From positions 46,996,001 to 47,060,000 of the forward strand of contig NC_135819.1 in assembly GCF_964213995.1 (NCBI RefSeq): DNA of 64,000 nucleotides, in the 5' to 3' direction. Origin of the DNA: Mustelus asterias (lineage: Eukaryota). A program made the position numbers and the translations under genes. This document shows, piece by piece, positions 23,934 through 38,604 of this stretch (position 1 is the first letter of the stretch; each line of letters opens with the position of its first letter). The notes below the pieces were generated by a model. The model was not told the origin of the DNA, did no database searches, and was given only the letters and a program-made list of their open reading frames with translations.

Positions 23934-26900
23934 CTGTAAACATTATGTCTAAGTTTGGATATTGAAACTTAGTTTAAGTAATTTTACCAAATCTAAAGCA
24001 TCTATCTTTCAGCCCAGAACACTTCAGGTGAAGTCTGACTTGGTCATCACTTATTGTTTTAAAATTCTCCAACTTTACTCAATGACGAAAATGCAGAATT
24101 CACTACACACTGAGTAGTTGAGGTGAAGATCATCAATGCATTTAAGGGAAGCTATATCAATACATGAGGGAGAAAGGAATAGTGGCTATGTTGATAGGGT
24201 ATGATCAAATATACTGAGAGAAAGCTTGTATGGAGCATAAATACTGGCATCGACCTGCTGAGTTTCTGATAATTTTTAATTAATCTCTGGTTATCAATAC
24301 AACACAGTGACTATAGCACCATGAAAAGTGCTTGTGTTATCTGAAAACACAAAATTTCCAGAACCACCCTTAGATCAACATTGAGCCTTTAAAAAGTGCT
24401 GAATTTATTAGAAATAACTTCTCCAAATTGATACTTGGGGCAAAAATGTTCTGAGTTCCAGCTCGGCAATTATATACAACCATGTTAAGACAATAGCGTA
24501 AAACCTGTGGCTGCTGTAAAGAATGCTCCGAATTGACTGCATTGATCAGTTGAATGTTATGACAGCTCAGAAAGCTTTGCAATTCTGCAGGATTCTATCA
24601 ACTTTCTTCAGCTTAAATCTTGTACATTAACTAATAGTAGGTCATTTGCTAACTCAGACCAGCGTAAAAATTTATAAAGGTATCAAATCATCATTGTTAA
24701 CTAGTATTCTGTAACTGCACCTCAGTCTGCTCAATTTAGACTAGTTTTGGAGACTGGGTTGACTTGAACAATAAACTCAACCTGTTTGCACTGAATTTTG
24801 TACCAGAACTGTATTTCTAGGTCAGGCATTTTGCTGACAATCATAAGCAACTAATTTTGCTTTCCTCCCAATGTGTTCATGGTTAATTATTCGGGGCATA
24901 TGAAAGCTTTTATCAATTTAACAAGTTCCTGCCAGTTATAAAACATTGAAGAAACAAAAAGGTTGATCTCTAATGCTCTTAAGCCACAGATTCCATGTAA
25001 AGACCATAAATAGGAAATTCAATGCAAGCAGGGGATAGCAGTAGCCATAAATTTACTTTCAGCATCCAGCCAGCAGTTAATGAACATCCTTACTAACACC
25101 TATCTAATTACACAGTGGAGTATTTATATTACTCTTTAGGCCAATGCTAAAATGATTGCATCCCTTGCGGGAGAGCTTAAAAGGTGGATGACAGAGGTGG
25201 TTAGCATTTCCATGCAATCAAATGCAAACATTTTTGTCTTATTAAAAACTGCTCCTAATTAGCCTTATCAAAAGTTGAGAGATTTGGATATCCTTTTCTA
25301 TTTTAGTTGTTTTGCAACAGCGTACAAAACAAGGAAAAACTGTTGTATTAAAAAAAACACTTGTATAAATAGCAAGAATCCATCATAATGTTTAAACCAA
25401 TATTAATGAATATTCTAGAGCAGAAAGGAGAAACTTCAACTGATTAACCAAATTTAATTCCAACCAATCTTGTGCTTTTGAAATTATTTACATTTTTAAT
25501 GCTGTGCTTGCATTTTAATTTGGCTCATGTGGTTACTATTATCCATGCTCTTAAAGCAGACCCACCTTGTTTCATATGGCACCAGGCTATTAAACTGGAA
25601 ATTCAGGTTTATATTCAGGTATACATCTTTGTCAAGAAATTTTGCATGCATACTTCTCAGAAGTAAGTATTGCCATAGGGCAGAGTGAGATAATTATTTA
25701 ATTTGCCTGAGAAATTTAGGTAAAACCTAACAAATCTCTTTTGTTAAGTGAGCTGCACAATGCATTTGCTGCTGTCACATTCTGGACCAATTTGCAACCA
25801 TCTTTCTGTAAAGCAACAATATGATATAATTCATGTGGTCTTTTTGGATCATTACTGTCTTAAGTCTGGCAAGTCATGATTACAAATAGTTGGGTGATGC
25901 ATTGTTTCAGGTCACGCTCACCATTGTCGAACAATGAACTGTTCCAGTACACCCTTTTGCAATTATTAATACGTTTCCGTTCCTAAAATCTGAAAGACCT
26001 GATTGGTTATCATAAGAAAAGCAATGCTATCATTGAAAGAAAATATTTTTTCTGCATGTGGATCTTCTAGTTAGCAAATAGAAAACTAAAAAGAGTAGAA
26101 TATAAAATTACCGTATGTTACAGACAAATGTATGTATGCACTGTCCAAGCAAGAACAAATCTGACAACTTTTCTTGGAGATCCATCAGGGAGGTTAGTTT
26201 GAAAAACCTATGTTGCAAGTGATAATATCTTCTTACTATTGTCATAATTGACACGTCTGTGGAGATTAAAATGAGAAAGAATGTCTGTTATCCATGGTAT
26301 CCCTCAATAAATCAACTCCTGAACTCTACCACCTCGTTCCTTCACACCCTAAACCACACAAACAAGCTCCCTGTTTGCATTATAACTGTATCAACTTTTT
26401 TTGCTGCCTTTGGGAAAGAAAGTATTTCAAAATAATGTAAGAACTGAGACTTAGTTGGGCAAGAATTTAAAGAAACTGCTAAAAGCTGTCACATGGACTG
26501 CATGGTTAATCATTTTGGAGATAGTGTTGATGAAAACAGGATTGCCCGTCACAATATATACACAGCACTAAATTCTTAAACAATGAAACCCAAGCCCTTT
26601 GAATTATTTTCACAGCAATGATCATAGATATATGGATTAAGTTGCTGAAAAAGCATACCAGGCCAGGAGTGCATTAACCTACTTATTCCTTTCATCATGG
26701 CTCTTAAACTCCAGGCAAGCATGAAGACTGGATAATACACCAATACTTTTATTCATAACAATAGCATAAGAAACTTGTGATTTTGCACATAATTTAGATA
26801 GATTAATGTCTTGTATTATTTAAATTCATCATGATTCAGTGGTAGCACTTTCACCTCTGAGTCAGAGGTATAAGTTCAGCCATGCTCCAGACACTGAAAC

Positions 26901-27099
26901 CCACAATCTCGGCCAGCAGCATTTCAGAAATATCCAGTCTCCCCTTTAAATTAATGCTAGATGTCATTTGCAAATCGACAGAAAGCATGTTCCCAACTAT
27001 AGAAGCTTAGAACTTGATTTCCTCACTGTATAAAATTGATTGACTCTTTTAAAATATGTTTGTAATTTGACCGATTGAACTAAATATTGAAAAACGGAA

Positions 27100-27810
27100 T
27101 CATTGTTTTCAGCCCCTGCTCAGTTAACTCTTATTACCTATCAACTTCAGCCTTCTCCCTGGCGATAGCCTGAGATTAAGCCAGTCTACTCTCAACTTTT
27201 GTGTCACATTTGATTCCAGGATGAGCTCATATTTATGCCTTCTCTAAAACCAATTATTTCCACTTCTGTAGCATCACTCAATTTTACCCATCACAGCTCT
27301 GAAAACCTGTCCATGCCTTTGCTACTTCTAAACTTGATTATTCCAGTGTAAATCTGACTAGTTCCACTCACTGTATACTTGAGGTCATCCAACTGCTGAC
27401 CGCGTCTTAACTTGCAACAATTATCTTGTGTTGTCTGATCTAAATTGGCTCCTGATCAAGCAATGTCTTGATTTTTAAAATGATCATCCTTGTTCCTTAC
27501 ACGGCCTTTGCCCCTTCCTTTCTCTCCTCCAACCCCACAACCCTCCAAGATATCTGCATCCTTCTAATTCTGGCCTCTTGCACGTTCCTGATCATCAACC
27601 CCATCATTGGTGGCTGTGCCTTTGGTTGCCTCGGCCCCAGGCTCTAGAATTTCCTCCCTACACCTCTCTCTCTACCTGGCTTTCCTTCTTTAAAATATGC
27701 AAAACCAAGCCTCTTTGACCAAGCTTTTGGCCATTTACCTAATTTCTCCTTATGTTGCTTAGTGTCATGCTTTGACCTATAATGCTTCTGGTTTCATTAC
27801 GTTAAGGGAA
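27100..27810 (+). mobile_element. Old L2-clade LINE 3' fragment
   Basis: Decayed HAFxTSxLDYxN-type coding (ccatgcctttgctacttctaaacttgattattcc) and L2-like 3' end. Confidence 0.6.
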
Positions 27811-28294
27811 GGCTTTCCAACAGTAATTTAATTATGATTGGGTAACTAGTTGAAGTATAAGAGGAAATTAAATAGTACAAAAAATTTCATGTAGTTTAAG
27901 AAACCACAAGCTTGTCTTTACTTGAATGATTTATTTAAACTGATGCTGAATTTGAAAGAATTAAAACACAAAAAATATTCTTTCACCACTTCTCTTACCT
28001 CTACATTACAACATTCAGTTGGTTCTGTACAGTATACAGAGAACTCAATTGTCAGCTATGGAGCTAATCCAAGAGAACTATACGGATGTAGCCTGGATAA
28101 ACATATGTGCTTGATTTAACTTTGTTAGCACGTTTTTCCCATTGGCGCTTCTCTCATTACCCAGATCCTGCTTCCTATGACGTACTCTTGCCTTAAAACA
28201 ATGTTTATTTCATTGAACTGTGAAAGCTTTCTACAATATGTACATTATAACAATTTCTTACAATGGCATACTATTTATAGAATTTTTTTTATAG

Positions 28295-28430
28295 TGTTCT
28301 TAGACGTATGATCACACTTATCTCAGAACTGGCAACTGCAATGGGAGAAAATCAGGCACTTAAAGTTCAAACAGATAATACCAATGATGCAGCCAAAAGG
28401 TACTTGGAGGAAAATGAAGAACTGAAAAAG
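28295..28430 (+). CDS. BCAP29: BCAP29 coding exon 4 (VLRRMITLISELATAMGENQALKVQTDNTNDAAKRYLEENEELKK)
   Basis: Poly-T + atag| acceptor, AAG|gtaatg donor. 136 nt, phase-consistent. Homologous to human VLRRLVTLITQLA...AAKKFMEENEKLK. Confidence 0.95.
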
Positions 28431-28639
28431 GTAATGCCTTGTTAAGATCTTTACCTCTTTTGATCAAGTGTTTATTCCATGTACTTCAAGGTACAGGTTG
28501 CATTTTTGTATTTATAAGCTATTTAGTAACTTTGAAATTCATGCCTGACCATTGCACTGCAAACCCACAAATATAAATTCCTACCTACATTAATTGATCC
28601 AGATTTGTAGTTCTTAATTTGGGATATTGAAAAACTAGT

Positions 28640-29220
28640 GGACAAATACTAAAAATAGTTAAAATGTTAACTATTATCTCAAGCAGGCTGGAATACAATG
28701 GGGTAGAAGTTTTGATGCATCTGTACATGGTTCTAGTTGGACCCATCTGGAGTATTGTGTTCAGACCTGGACACCGTACTTCAAAAGGGATATTGACATG
28801 GGTGCACACATACACCAGAATGATATTGCGGTTTAAAAGGTTATAGTATGAGGACAGGTTGCATAGACTAGAATTGTATTCCCTTGAGGGTAGAAGATGA
28901 AGCGATGATTTATTTGTATTGCTGAAGTTGGATAAAAGATTTGGGAGAATAGATAGAAACTTTTTTCCTCTGATGGGAGGTGAATCCAGAACAAGGGGGC
29001 ATAATGTAAAATTAAAGCACGATGATATCACAAAGCATTATGGAAACCTGGAACTCTGAAAAAGCTGTTATCGCTGGGTCAATTAGAAATATCAAAACTG
29101 AGATTAATACCGTTTTGTTAGGCAAGGATATAAAAAGTTACAAAACCAAGGCAGGTGGGCTTAGTTAAGATAGAAGTCAGTGATCTAATTGAATAGTGAA
29201 CTGAATAGCCTGCCATGTCC
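28640..29220 (+). mobile_element. Old CR1 3' fragment
   Basis: RLEYNGVEVLMHLYMVLV remnant and acaagggggcata (TRGH) motif. Confidence 0.7.
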
Positions 29221-29817
29221 TTTAAAACTTAACAACTACATTGAATTGAGAATATTCATTCAGCTGTATTTTTCCTGCTTATTTCTCCAGTCTCCAGTTC
29301 TAAAAGTACCAGATGGTGCATGGTTCCACAGCTGCCAACAGCATCCTGTACATTGCCCAAATGGCAGCTTTGTGTGCAAGCCAAGTCAATAAATGCATGC
29401 AAGAACCTTTATATGGGAGGTAGCACAGTCAAAAACCTGATCCCACCTTTGCCCTAAGTATACACACACAAACAAGGACATGTAACCCTGTCTTCCAGAG
29501 GCGTTGTTACTAAATTCTGGTATCCCCTTGCTCAAGTCTGATAATATCACAGCAAATCTGGCTTTTTTTAAGTTCAGTCTCACAAGTTGGGGTTTGCCCT
29601 CACTCCAAAATAATCAGCTATTAGACTTGACACCCTGTAGTTCCTTGTTCTGCATTGTAGATAGTCCCCGCTGCAAAATTGAATCAAAGATCCAGAATGA
29701 ATGGAGCATGACCCACGTCACCACTCGATCAATAATTTGTTTTTTAGAAGATGTATAATGCAAAATATTTTCATTACATTTCAGTAAAGCTGTAATATTC
29801 TATTTCTTTATCAATAG

Positions 29818-29926
29818 GCTTTAAATAGAGGTAAAGGTGATGGAAATAAGAAACTGGAAGAAAAAAATGAGCAGCTGAATAAAGAAACAGAGAGACTAAA
29901 AGTGGAACTGAAGAAAACCACAGAAG
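29818..29926 (+). CDS. BCAP29: BCAP29 coding exon 5 (ALNRGKGDGNKKLEEKNEQLNKETERLKVELKKTTE), coiled coil
   Basis: caatag| acceptor, G|gtaggt donor. 109 nt, phase-consistent. Similar to human EKLKTELRKTSD. Confidence 0.9.
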
Positions 29927-30019
29927 GTAGGTCATTAAAAATTGTTGTAGTATAAATAATACATTGTATCTTGAACTTTTTAACCAATTTTCCAAAATTA
30001 TACAAATTTGCACGGTGCC

Positions 30020-31040
30020 TTTAACATAGTAAAACACCCCAAGACATTTTACAGGAGCGTGATCAAACAAAGTTTGACACCAAGCACATAAGGAGGTCTT
30101 AGGAAAGACGAACAAAAGCTTGGTCAAGCTTTAGAAACATAATGGAGGAGGAAAGAGAACTAGAAAAATTGAGAAATGTATGGAGGCCATTCCAAAGCTT
30201 GGGGCCTATGATGCCAGTGGTGGAGCATTTAAAATCCGGGGTGCCCATGAGGCTAAAAAGAGAGAAAAAGTGAAGAAATCTCAGCAATTATGGAGCTGGA
30301 GGAGATTACAGAGATAGAGATGTTTGAGGCCATGGAGGGATTTGAAAGCAAGGATGAGAATTTTAAAATCAAAGCATTGCTTATCCAGGGGGTCTGCGAA
30401 CACTAGAGTGATAGATGAATGAAACCTTGATGCCATTTAGGATATGAGCAGCAGAGTTTCGGATGAACTGAAATTTATGGAGGAAGAAGTCTGGGGGGCC
30501 GGCCAGGAGAGCATTGAAATAGTCAAATAACAATGGCACAATAACAGTTTCAGCAGGATAAGCTGAGGCAGAAGATGGAAATGTGATACATGATGCTGAA
30601 GATATGGTCTGACATATGTTCTGTCAACTTGGGACCAAATACAACAATAAGATTGTGAATGGTCTCATTTTAACTTCAGACAGTTGCTATCCTAACTTAC
30701 ACCAGGTCCCATCACCCATGTGTTCACTGACCTCATGGTTAAGCAATTCCTCGATTTTTAAAATGCTCAACCTTTCAAAACCCTCCATGACATAAACCTT
30801 CTCTATCTTTGTGGTCCCTTCCAACTGTGAGATTTCTTTTGGGGGGAGGGATGATGTTGTTGGCTCAGGAGCAGAGTTTGTGGCAGGAACTAGACAGTGG
30901 CTTCAGTCTTCTTACTATTTAGTTGGAGGAAGTTTTTGTTCATTGAATAGTGGATGACTCTCGGGCAGTCTGAAAATTTGGAGACAGTTGAGGGATCAAG
31001 AAAGGCAATGTCATTAGATACACATCAAATTTGATGTGTT
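30020..31040 (-). mobile_element. Old L2-clade LINE fragments
   Basis: Reverse complement similar to 27100-27810. Confidence 0.55.
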
Positions 31041-31044
31041 TCAG

Positions 31045-34000
31045 GCAGGAGGGCATTCTGGAGGGGGAGGGTGAATAGCCAGCTGTCACAGTGCATATAG
31101 GCACCAACGATATAGGTACAAAATGGGATGAGGTCCTACAAGCTGAATTTAGGGAGTTAAGAGTTTAGGACCTCAAAGGTAGTAATCTCAGGTTGGCTAC
31201 CAGTGCCACATGCCAGTCAGAGCAGGAATGTCAGGATAGCTAAAATGAATATGTGGCTTGAGGGATGGGGCAAGAGAGAGGGATTCAAGTTCCTGGGACA
31301 TTGGAACTGGTTCTGGGGAGGTGGAACCAGTACAAATCAGACATCTATATTTGGGCAGGACTGGAACCAATGTCCTGGGGCGTGTTTGCTAATGCAGTTG
31401 AGGAGGCTTTAAACTAATGTGGCAGGGAGATGGGAACCGAGTGAAGTAAAGTGGGAACAGAAACAAAAGGCAGAGAAACCGAAGACAAAAGTCAAAAAGG
31501 GCCACAGAAGAGAGTGCAGAGAGTGTGGAGAATTCAGTGAATGGGTCCAGTAAGGGTAAGAGAAATAAAACACAGGGAGAATGTACAAAACGTGACCAGA
31601 CAGATGGTCTGAGGTGTGTCTGCTTTAACTCAAGGAGTATGATAGGTAGGTGGATGAACTTAAAGCTTGGATTACTATATGGAACTATGATATTGTGGCA
31701 ATTATGGAATACTAAGCTGCCAGTCCTGCGGCTTAGTATTAGATGAAAGAAGAGCTGGACTTAGTATTCCAGGATTTGGATGTTTCAGATGAGATAGAGA
31801 GGGTGATAAAAGAGGTGGGGGTGTTGCCTTACTGATTAGGGAGAATGTCACAGCTATACAGAGGGAGGACACTTTGGTGAGATCATGCAGTGAGGCCACG
31901 TGGGTAGAACTCAGGAACAGGAGCAGTGCAATCACAATGTTGGGGTTGTACTACAGATCTCCCAACAGCCAGCGTGAAGTGGAGGAACTGATATGTCAGC
32001 AGATTATGGGAAGATGTAAAAACAACAGGGTTGTTGTGATGGGTGATTTTAACTTCCCCAATATAGACTGGGATTCCTTTAGTGCCAGGGGCTTGGACGG
32101 GGCAGAGATTGTTCAGTGTGTCCAAGAGTGCTTCATTGAGACAATATGTAGATAGTTCAACTCGGGAAGAGGCTATCTTAGACCTGGTTCTGGGAAACGA
32201 GCCTGGACAGGTGTTTGATGTCTCAATGGGGGACTATTTTGGGAACAGTCTGTAAGCTTCAAGATACTCGTAGAAAAGGGTAGAAGTAGTCCCAGAGTGC
32301 AAGTACTAAACTGAGGGGAGGCTAACTACAACAGTATTGGGCAGGAGCTAGAGAATGTAGACTGGGGGGTGGGGGGGGGGGGGGCTGTTTGAGGGTAAAT
32401 CCACATCTGATATGTGGGAGTCTTTTAAAAGTCAGTTGTCACAATTCAGGACAAGAATGTCCCTGTAAAAAAGGATAAAGATGACAAGATTCGGGAACTC
32501 TGGATGACAAGAGAGATTGTGAGCTTAGTGAAAAAGGAGGAGGAGGCATGCATAAATTTCAGGAAATTGAAAACGGATAAGGCTCTTGAGGAATACAAAG
32601 ATAGCCGGAAAGAGCTTAAACAGGGACTAAGGAGAGCAAAAAGGGACCATGAAATGTCCTTGGCAGGCAGGATTAAGGAGAATCCCAAGGCTTTTTATGC
32701 ATATGTAAAGAGGAAGAGGGGGGCTAAGGAAAGGGTAGGTCCACTCAAGGACATAAGAGGGAATTTGTGTGTGGAGCCAGATGAGATGGGTGAGGTCCTT
32801 AATAAGTACTTGCATCAGTATTCACAAAGGAGAATGATGTGGTGGATGGTGAGTGTAGAAAGGACGATGTTCACGTTCTAGGACATGTTAAGATAAAAAG
32901 GGAGCAGGTATTGGAGGTTTTGAAAAACATTAAGGTGGAGCTAAGGGTCTATGACAGAGTACTGGGAGAAGCGAGGGAAGAAATTGCCGAGGGCTTGGCC
33001 AAAATCTTTGCATCCTCTTTAGCCACGGGCGAGATACCGGAGGATTGGAGAGTAGCTAACATTGTTACTCTGTTTAAGAAGGGCAGAAAAGACAATTGAG
33101 GAAATTACAGGCCTGTGAGCCTTACATCAGTGGTGGTGAAATTATTGGAGAAGGATGTACTCACATCTGGAAGAGAATAGGCTTATTAGCAATAGGCTGC
33201 ATGGTTTTGTGAAGGGGAGGTCGTGTGTGTGTCTCTCAAACTTGATTGAGTTCTTTGAGGAAGTGACAAGAAAAATTGGGCAGGGCAGTGGATGTTGTAG
33301 AAATGGACTTTAGTAAAGCTTTCAATATGGTTCCTCATGGCAGGCTGATACAGAAGGTGAAGTCATATGGGATCTGAGGTGATCTGGTAAGATGGATAAA
33401 AAACTGGTTTGGGCATAGGAAGCAGAGAGTAGCAATGGAAGGGTACTTTTTCTAACTGGAGGTCTGTTACAAGCAGTGTTCCACAAGAATTAGTGCTGGG
33501 GCCTCTGTTGTGTATATATATAAATGATTTGGTGGAAAATGTAGGTGGTTTGATTAGTAAATTTGCAGATGATACAAAAATTGGGGGAGTAGCGGATAAT
33601 GAGGAGGATAGTCAGAGAATACAGCAGGATATGGGCCGAAAGATGGCAGATGGAATTTAACCTGGACAAATGTGAAGTGTTGCGATTTGGAAGGTCTACT
33701 GCAGAAGTATACAGTAAATGGTAGAGTCCTTAGAAATATTAGCATACGGAGGGATCTAGGTGTAGATACCTGAAGGTGGCAACTCAGGCGGACAAGGTGA
33801 TCAAGAAGGCATATGGCATGCTGGCCTTCATTGGTCGGGGCGTTGAATATAGGAATTGGAAAATCATTTTTCAGTCGTATAAAACTTTGATTAGGTCGCA
33901 TTTGAAATATTATGTACAGTTCTGGCTGCCACACTACCGGAAGGATGTTGATGCATTGGAAAGGGTGCAGAAGAGATTTACCAGGATATTGTCTGGTTTG

Positions 34001-34400
34001 AAGGATATGGACTATGAAGAAAGGTTGAACAAACTTGAATTGTTTCCGGAGGAGGATGAGGGGGGACCTGATAGAGGTTTACAAGATTATGACAGACTTG
34101 GATGGAGTGGATAGACAATCTTTTTCCCTCGGTCGAAGGGTCAATTATTTAGGGGCATAGGTTAAAAGTGAGAGGAGCAAGTTTAAAAGAGACATAAGGA
34201 ACAAGTTTTTCACACAGAGGATGATGAATGCCTGGAACATGCTGCCGGAAGAGGTGGTGGAAGCAGATTCTATAACATTCGAGAGGCATCTGGATGGATA
34301 CATGAATAGGCAGGGAATAGAGGGATTTGGACCATGTAGAGGTAAGAAAATATTAGATCAGAGAGGCATCTGTGTTGTTCCTCTGCTGTACTGTTCTTTT
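31045..34400 (+). mobile_element. CR1 LINE, long degraded copy (ORF1 esterase end, endonuclease, RT, 3' end)
   Basis: ORF pieces WLEGW..EGFKFLGHW, YYRSPNS..MGDFNFPNIDW, IKENPKAF, LIRSHLKYYVQFW. Confidence 0.93.
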
Positions 34401-37039
34401 GTTTGTTTCCAGATGTTGTCACTGAGGGACATTATATAGATGAGAATTGGGGGGAGCTAAGGAGAGATCCTTGGGAGGCACCAAAAGTATATTTGGGAAT
34501 GGGAAGAGAAACCATCAAAAAAAAAGAGGTGTTGGCATCAAAAGTTGAAAACTAGTCAAGAAGGACAAGGAACGATATTTTACGTTTGTCACAATCACAC
34601 AATGAGTATAATTGGGAGTTTAGTTAACAGGAGAGAGGAGAGTTCAGAGATTAAGCTGGTCGTCTCCATTTACTGTGAATTTTGCAGGGGGACAGACATG
34701 TTCAGGCAGAGACTGCTAATCAATGCAAGGAGGAAGCAGTTTAATTTCGTATGAAAACTGGCCTAAGGTTGGATAGCTGATCAGAATCCTTAGTGATTTT
34801 ACAACCTGTTAAATGGGCTGTTAGTCCATTTTTATTATTTAACAGGGAGACTGGAATAAAGTTGTTTTGGGTATGGTTTGCTGTATCTATTATTCAGTAC
34901 ATTCACTTCTGTTTGTAAAATAAAACAGTTTATCAATGCGTATTTGGTCTTTCTTCAGCTGAAGTGTTCATCAGTCTGCCTTTCGGAAAATTGGAGCGTT
35001 ATGATATTCAGTTCACCTAACAAGGGGGATCTTGTTGTAACACATCCTTCTCATTGGTTACACTCTTGTACAGCTGGATATTAGTAAAAGTAGCTTTCTG
35101 TTTGTGAGGATTGCCAATTCACAGGAACTGGTGACTCTACTCATAAGGAATAACAAAGCCAGACCTTGGAATTTGTAAAATTATTATAAAAATATATAAC
35201 TTGCACTGTCGCATTTTGTGAATTCAAGATTAATTTAACCTGAATGTCTGACTAAGAATTCAGACAGTTTTCTTCAATTAATCTCACTTCCCAAATGGCA
35301 CTGAAACCAATTACAGTGCTTAGTGCCATCTCAGGCTAAGACCAGTTAACTCAACAGAGCCTGGAGACCAAACCCCCGAGATCTTCGTTATTTGTATTGC
35401 TTAGCTTGAATAAACTCACTGAACCATAAAAGGAACCCTTGAAAAAAGTATTTTGTTGCACTTTTACAGATGTTAATGGCCGGCCAATTGTTCAGCTGCC
35501 AATTATTTGAAAAACTGAAAATGCTTGGTTATTCTGACTTCTATTGTTCATTGGCCAATAGCAGTGGGGATCAATTAAAATCTTGAGTTAAATACATTTT
35601 TCTTCGAAATTTGGACTGCTTTGTCTTAAACTATCCTGGCAAAGTTTCAAATGCCGACCTTTGTTTTGGAATAGGGAATGCCATAAATAAAATGTGCAAT
35701 AATAAAGGCTTAAATAAAACCTCAAAATATACTGATTAAAACACTAATTGCCTAGAATAACAAGACTGGTTTATGCTTTTGAGAAAAAAAAAGATTTTTG
35801 GGCAAAGTAAAGTTTTGAATTGGCTGCAGGCATTTGTTTAGGGATCAACAATTCAAGTAACATGTAGTTACTACTTGTTCGCAGATGTGAGCAAAAATTG
35901 TGAGTTACGTATGATCTTGTTTGTGTTGCATAGATACAATGATTTTCTTGAGATAACAGCATTTTATCCTTCAGAAGGTCAAATATTATCAGTTATTTCA
36001 TTCTCGTCAGTAATGAGTATGAATGTATGTCCAAGATGACTTTTCTTCAGAACTGGGATCTGACTCAGTGTTAACTCATCTACAGATACTCCAGACCTGC
36101 TGGGTTTTTACAGCATTTTCTGTTTTTCTTTAAATACTTTCAGCATCTGCTGTATTTTGTTTTATTTCAGGTCATTGTACCTGTATTAGCTGTTTGAAAG
36201 AGTTATCCAATTAATTCTACTTCTCTGCTCTTTACCCACGGCTTGCTATTTTTCCTTTTCAAGTATATATCCTCTTTGAAAGTTATAACTGCTGCTTCCA
36301 CCACTTTTTCAGGCATTGCATTCCATACCAACATAACTCAGTGCATTCAAAAAAGATCAACTCCTTTTTTGATAAGTACCTTAACATTGGTGTCCTTTGG
36401 TTACTGATTAGTGAATATAGTTTCACTTTATTTACTCAAAATTTTGAACACCTCTGCTAACTGTCCCCATTACGTTCTCTCTTCTAAGGAGAAGACTCAG
36501 CTTATGTAGTTTCCCTGCACAGCTGAAGTTCCTCGTCCCTGGTACCAGTCTGTTAAATCACATCTGCATCTTCATGAAGGCCTTGACATTGTACCATTGG
36601 CAACTAGGGATGGGTAATAAATGCTGGCCAACCAGCGATGCCCATGTCCCACGAATGAATAAAAAAAACCTAAAGTGTGGTGCCCAGAATTGGACACCAC
36701 ACTCCAACTGAGGCATAACACTCACATATAAAGGTTCAGCGTAACTTTGCCTCTGTACAATATGCCTCTATTTATAAATTACAGGATCTATGTATGCTTT
36801 TAACAACATTGTCAACTTGTCACCATAAGATTTTTGAGAAATGTAGCTTGCCAGCTTTTTTCTGGAAGCACAAGCGTTATTAGCCTGTACCTTCCGGCTC
36901 CAGGGCAGCATAACTTGGGGGATACCCCAGAAATGCGCTGGGTACCCAGCCCCTGCCCCAGCAGTCTCCAGGTAAGGATTCAGGAAGTTCACACTTCTGT
37001 TGGGCAATTGCCTTGCAACCAGAACCATCCGAGAGTATG

Positions 37040-38604
37040 ATTTAAATTACAAAAGGAAGGAAATCAAGTTCAATAAATAAATCAAGATGGCTCTTCAGAA
37101 GTGAGTTGAATAAGTATTTTGCATCAGTCTTCACTACTGAGGATACAAGTAACATCCCGACAAAGCATAATAAGTCAGGAAATGGAAGGGAGGGGGAACT
37201 CAGGAAAATTATTATCACCAGAGAAGTGGTATTGAGTAAGTTGTTGGGGATACAGAGTGACAAATGCCTAGGTCTTGATGGACTTCATCCTAGAGTCTTA
37301 AAAGATGTGGCTAGTAAGATAGTTGATGCATTGTTCATAATTTTCCAAAGCTCCCTAGAATCGGGGAAGGTCTCGTTTGATTAGATTAGATTAGGAAATG
37401 TAATTCCATTATTCAGAAAGGAAGGGAGACAAAGCAGGAAACTACAGGCCAGTTACCTTAACATCTGTCATAAGGAAAATGTTAGAAGCTATTATTAAAG
37501 AAGCTAAGTTCAAGATAATCAGGCAGAGTCAACATGGTTTTTTGAAAGGGAAATCATGTTTAACCAATTTATTGAAGTTCTTTGAGGAAATAATCTGTGC
37601 TTTGGATAAAGGGGAACTGGTAGATGTACTGTACTTGGATTCCCAGAAAACAATTGATAAAGTGTCACATCAAAAGCTATTGCTGAAAGTAAAAGCTCAT
37701 GGTATAGAGGGTAACAGATTGGCATGGATAGATGATTGTCTGGCTTACAGGAGGCAGAAAGTGAGAATTTTCTTTTTCAAATTGGCAAGATGTAATGAGT
37801 GGTGTGCCACAGGGAGCAGTGCTGGGTCCTCAACTGTTTACAATTTATATAAATTACTTGGATGAAGGGATGGCTGGGATGGTTGCCAAATTTGCTGATG
37901 ACACAAAGATAGAAAACCAAGTTGTGAAGAAGACATGACATAGGTTAAATAAGTGGGCAAAGACCTGACAAATGGAGTACAATGTGGGGAAAATGAAAGT
38001 GTCCACTTTGGCAGGAATGGTGAGAGATTGCAGAGCTTTTGAGATGCAGAGGGATCTGGGCGTCTTAGTGCATGAATCACAAAAGGCTAGAATGCAGGTT
38101 CAGCGAGTAATTAGAAAGCTAATAGAATATCATTTATTGTGAGGGGAATTGAATATAAAAGTAGGAAGATTTTGCCTCAGTTACACAGAGCACTAGTGAG
38201 ACCACATGTGAAGTACTGTGTACAGTATTGGTCACCTTATTTAAGGAAAGATATGAAAGTATTGGAAGCAGTTCAGAGGTTTATTACCTGGAATGGGTGA
38301 GTTGTCTTGTAAGGAAAGGTTGAACAGGCTAGACTAGCATCTGCTCGAATTTAGCAAAGAGATGACTTGATTGAAACAAGATCCAGAAAGGTCTTGGCAG
38401 GGTGAATGTGGAGAGGATGTTTTGTCTTGTGGGAGAATCGAGAACTCGGGATCACTGTTTAACAATAAGGGGTTGCTCAGTTAAAACTGAGGTAGGGAGA
38501 ATTTTTTCCTGAGGGTCATGAGTCTTTGGAAATCTCTTCCTGAAAAGTTGATGGAAGCAGTCTTTGAATATTTTGAAGGCAGAGGTGGATAGATTCTTGG
38601 TAAG
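37040..38604 (+). mobile_element. Degraded CR1 LINE, interrupted by the 38605-40732 element; its 3' end resumes at ~40736-40850
   Basis: NKYFASVFT, LHPRVLK, QHGFLKGKSCLTNLL. The tail agatcagccatgatc...gaggctgaatggtcc follows the nested element. Confidence 0.88.
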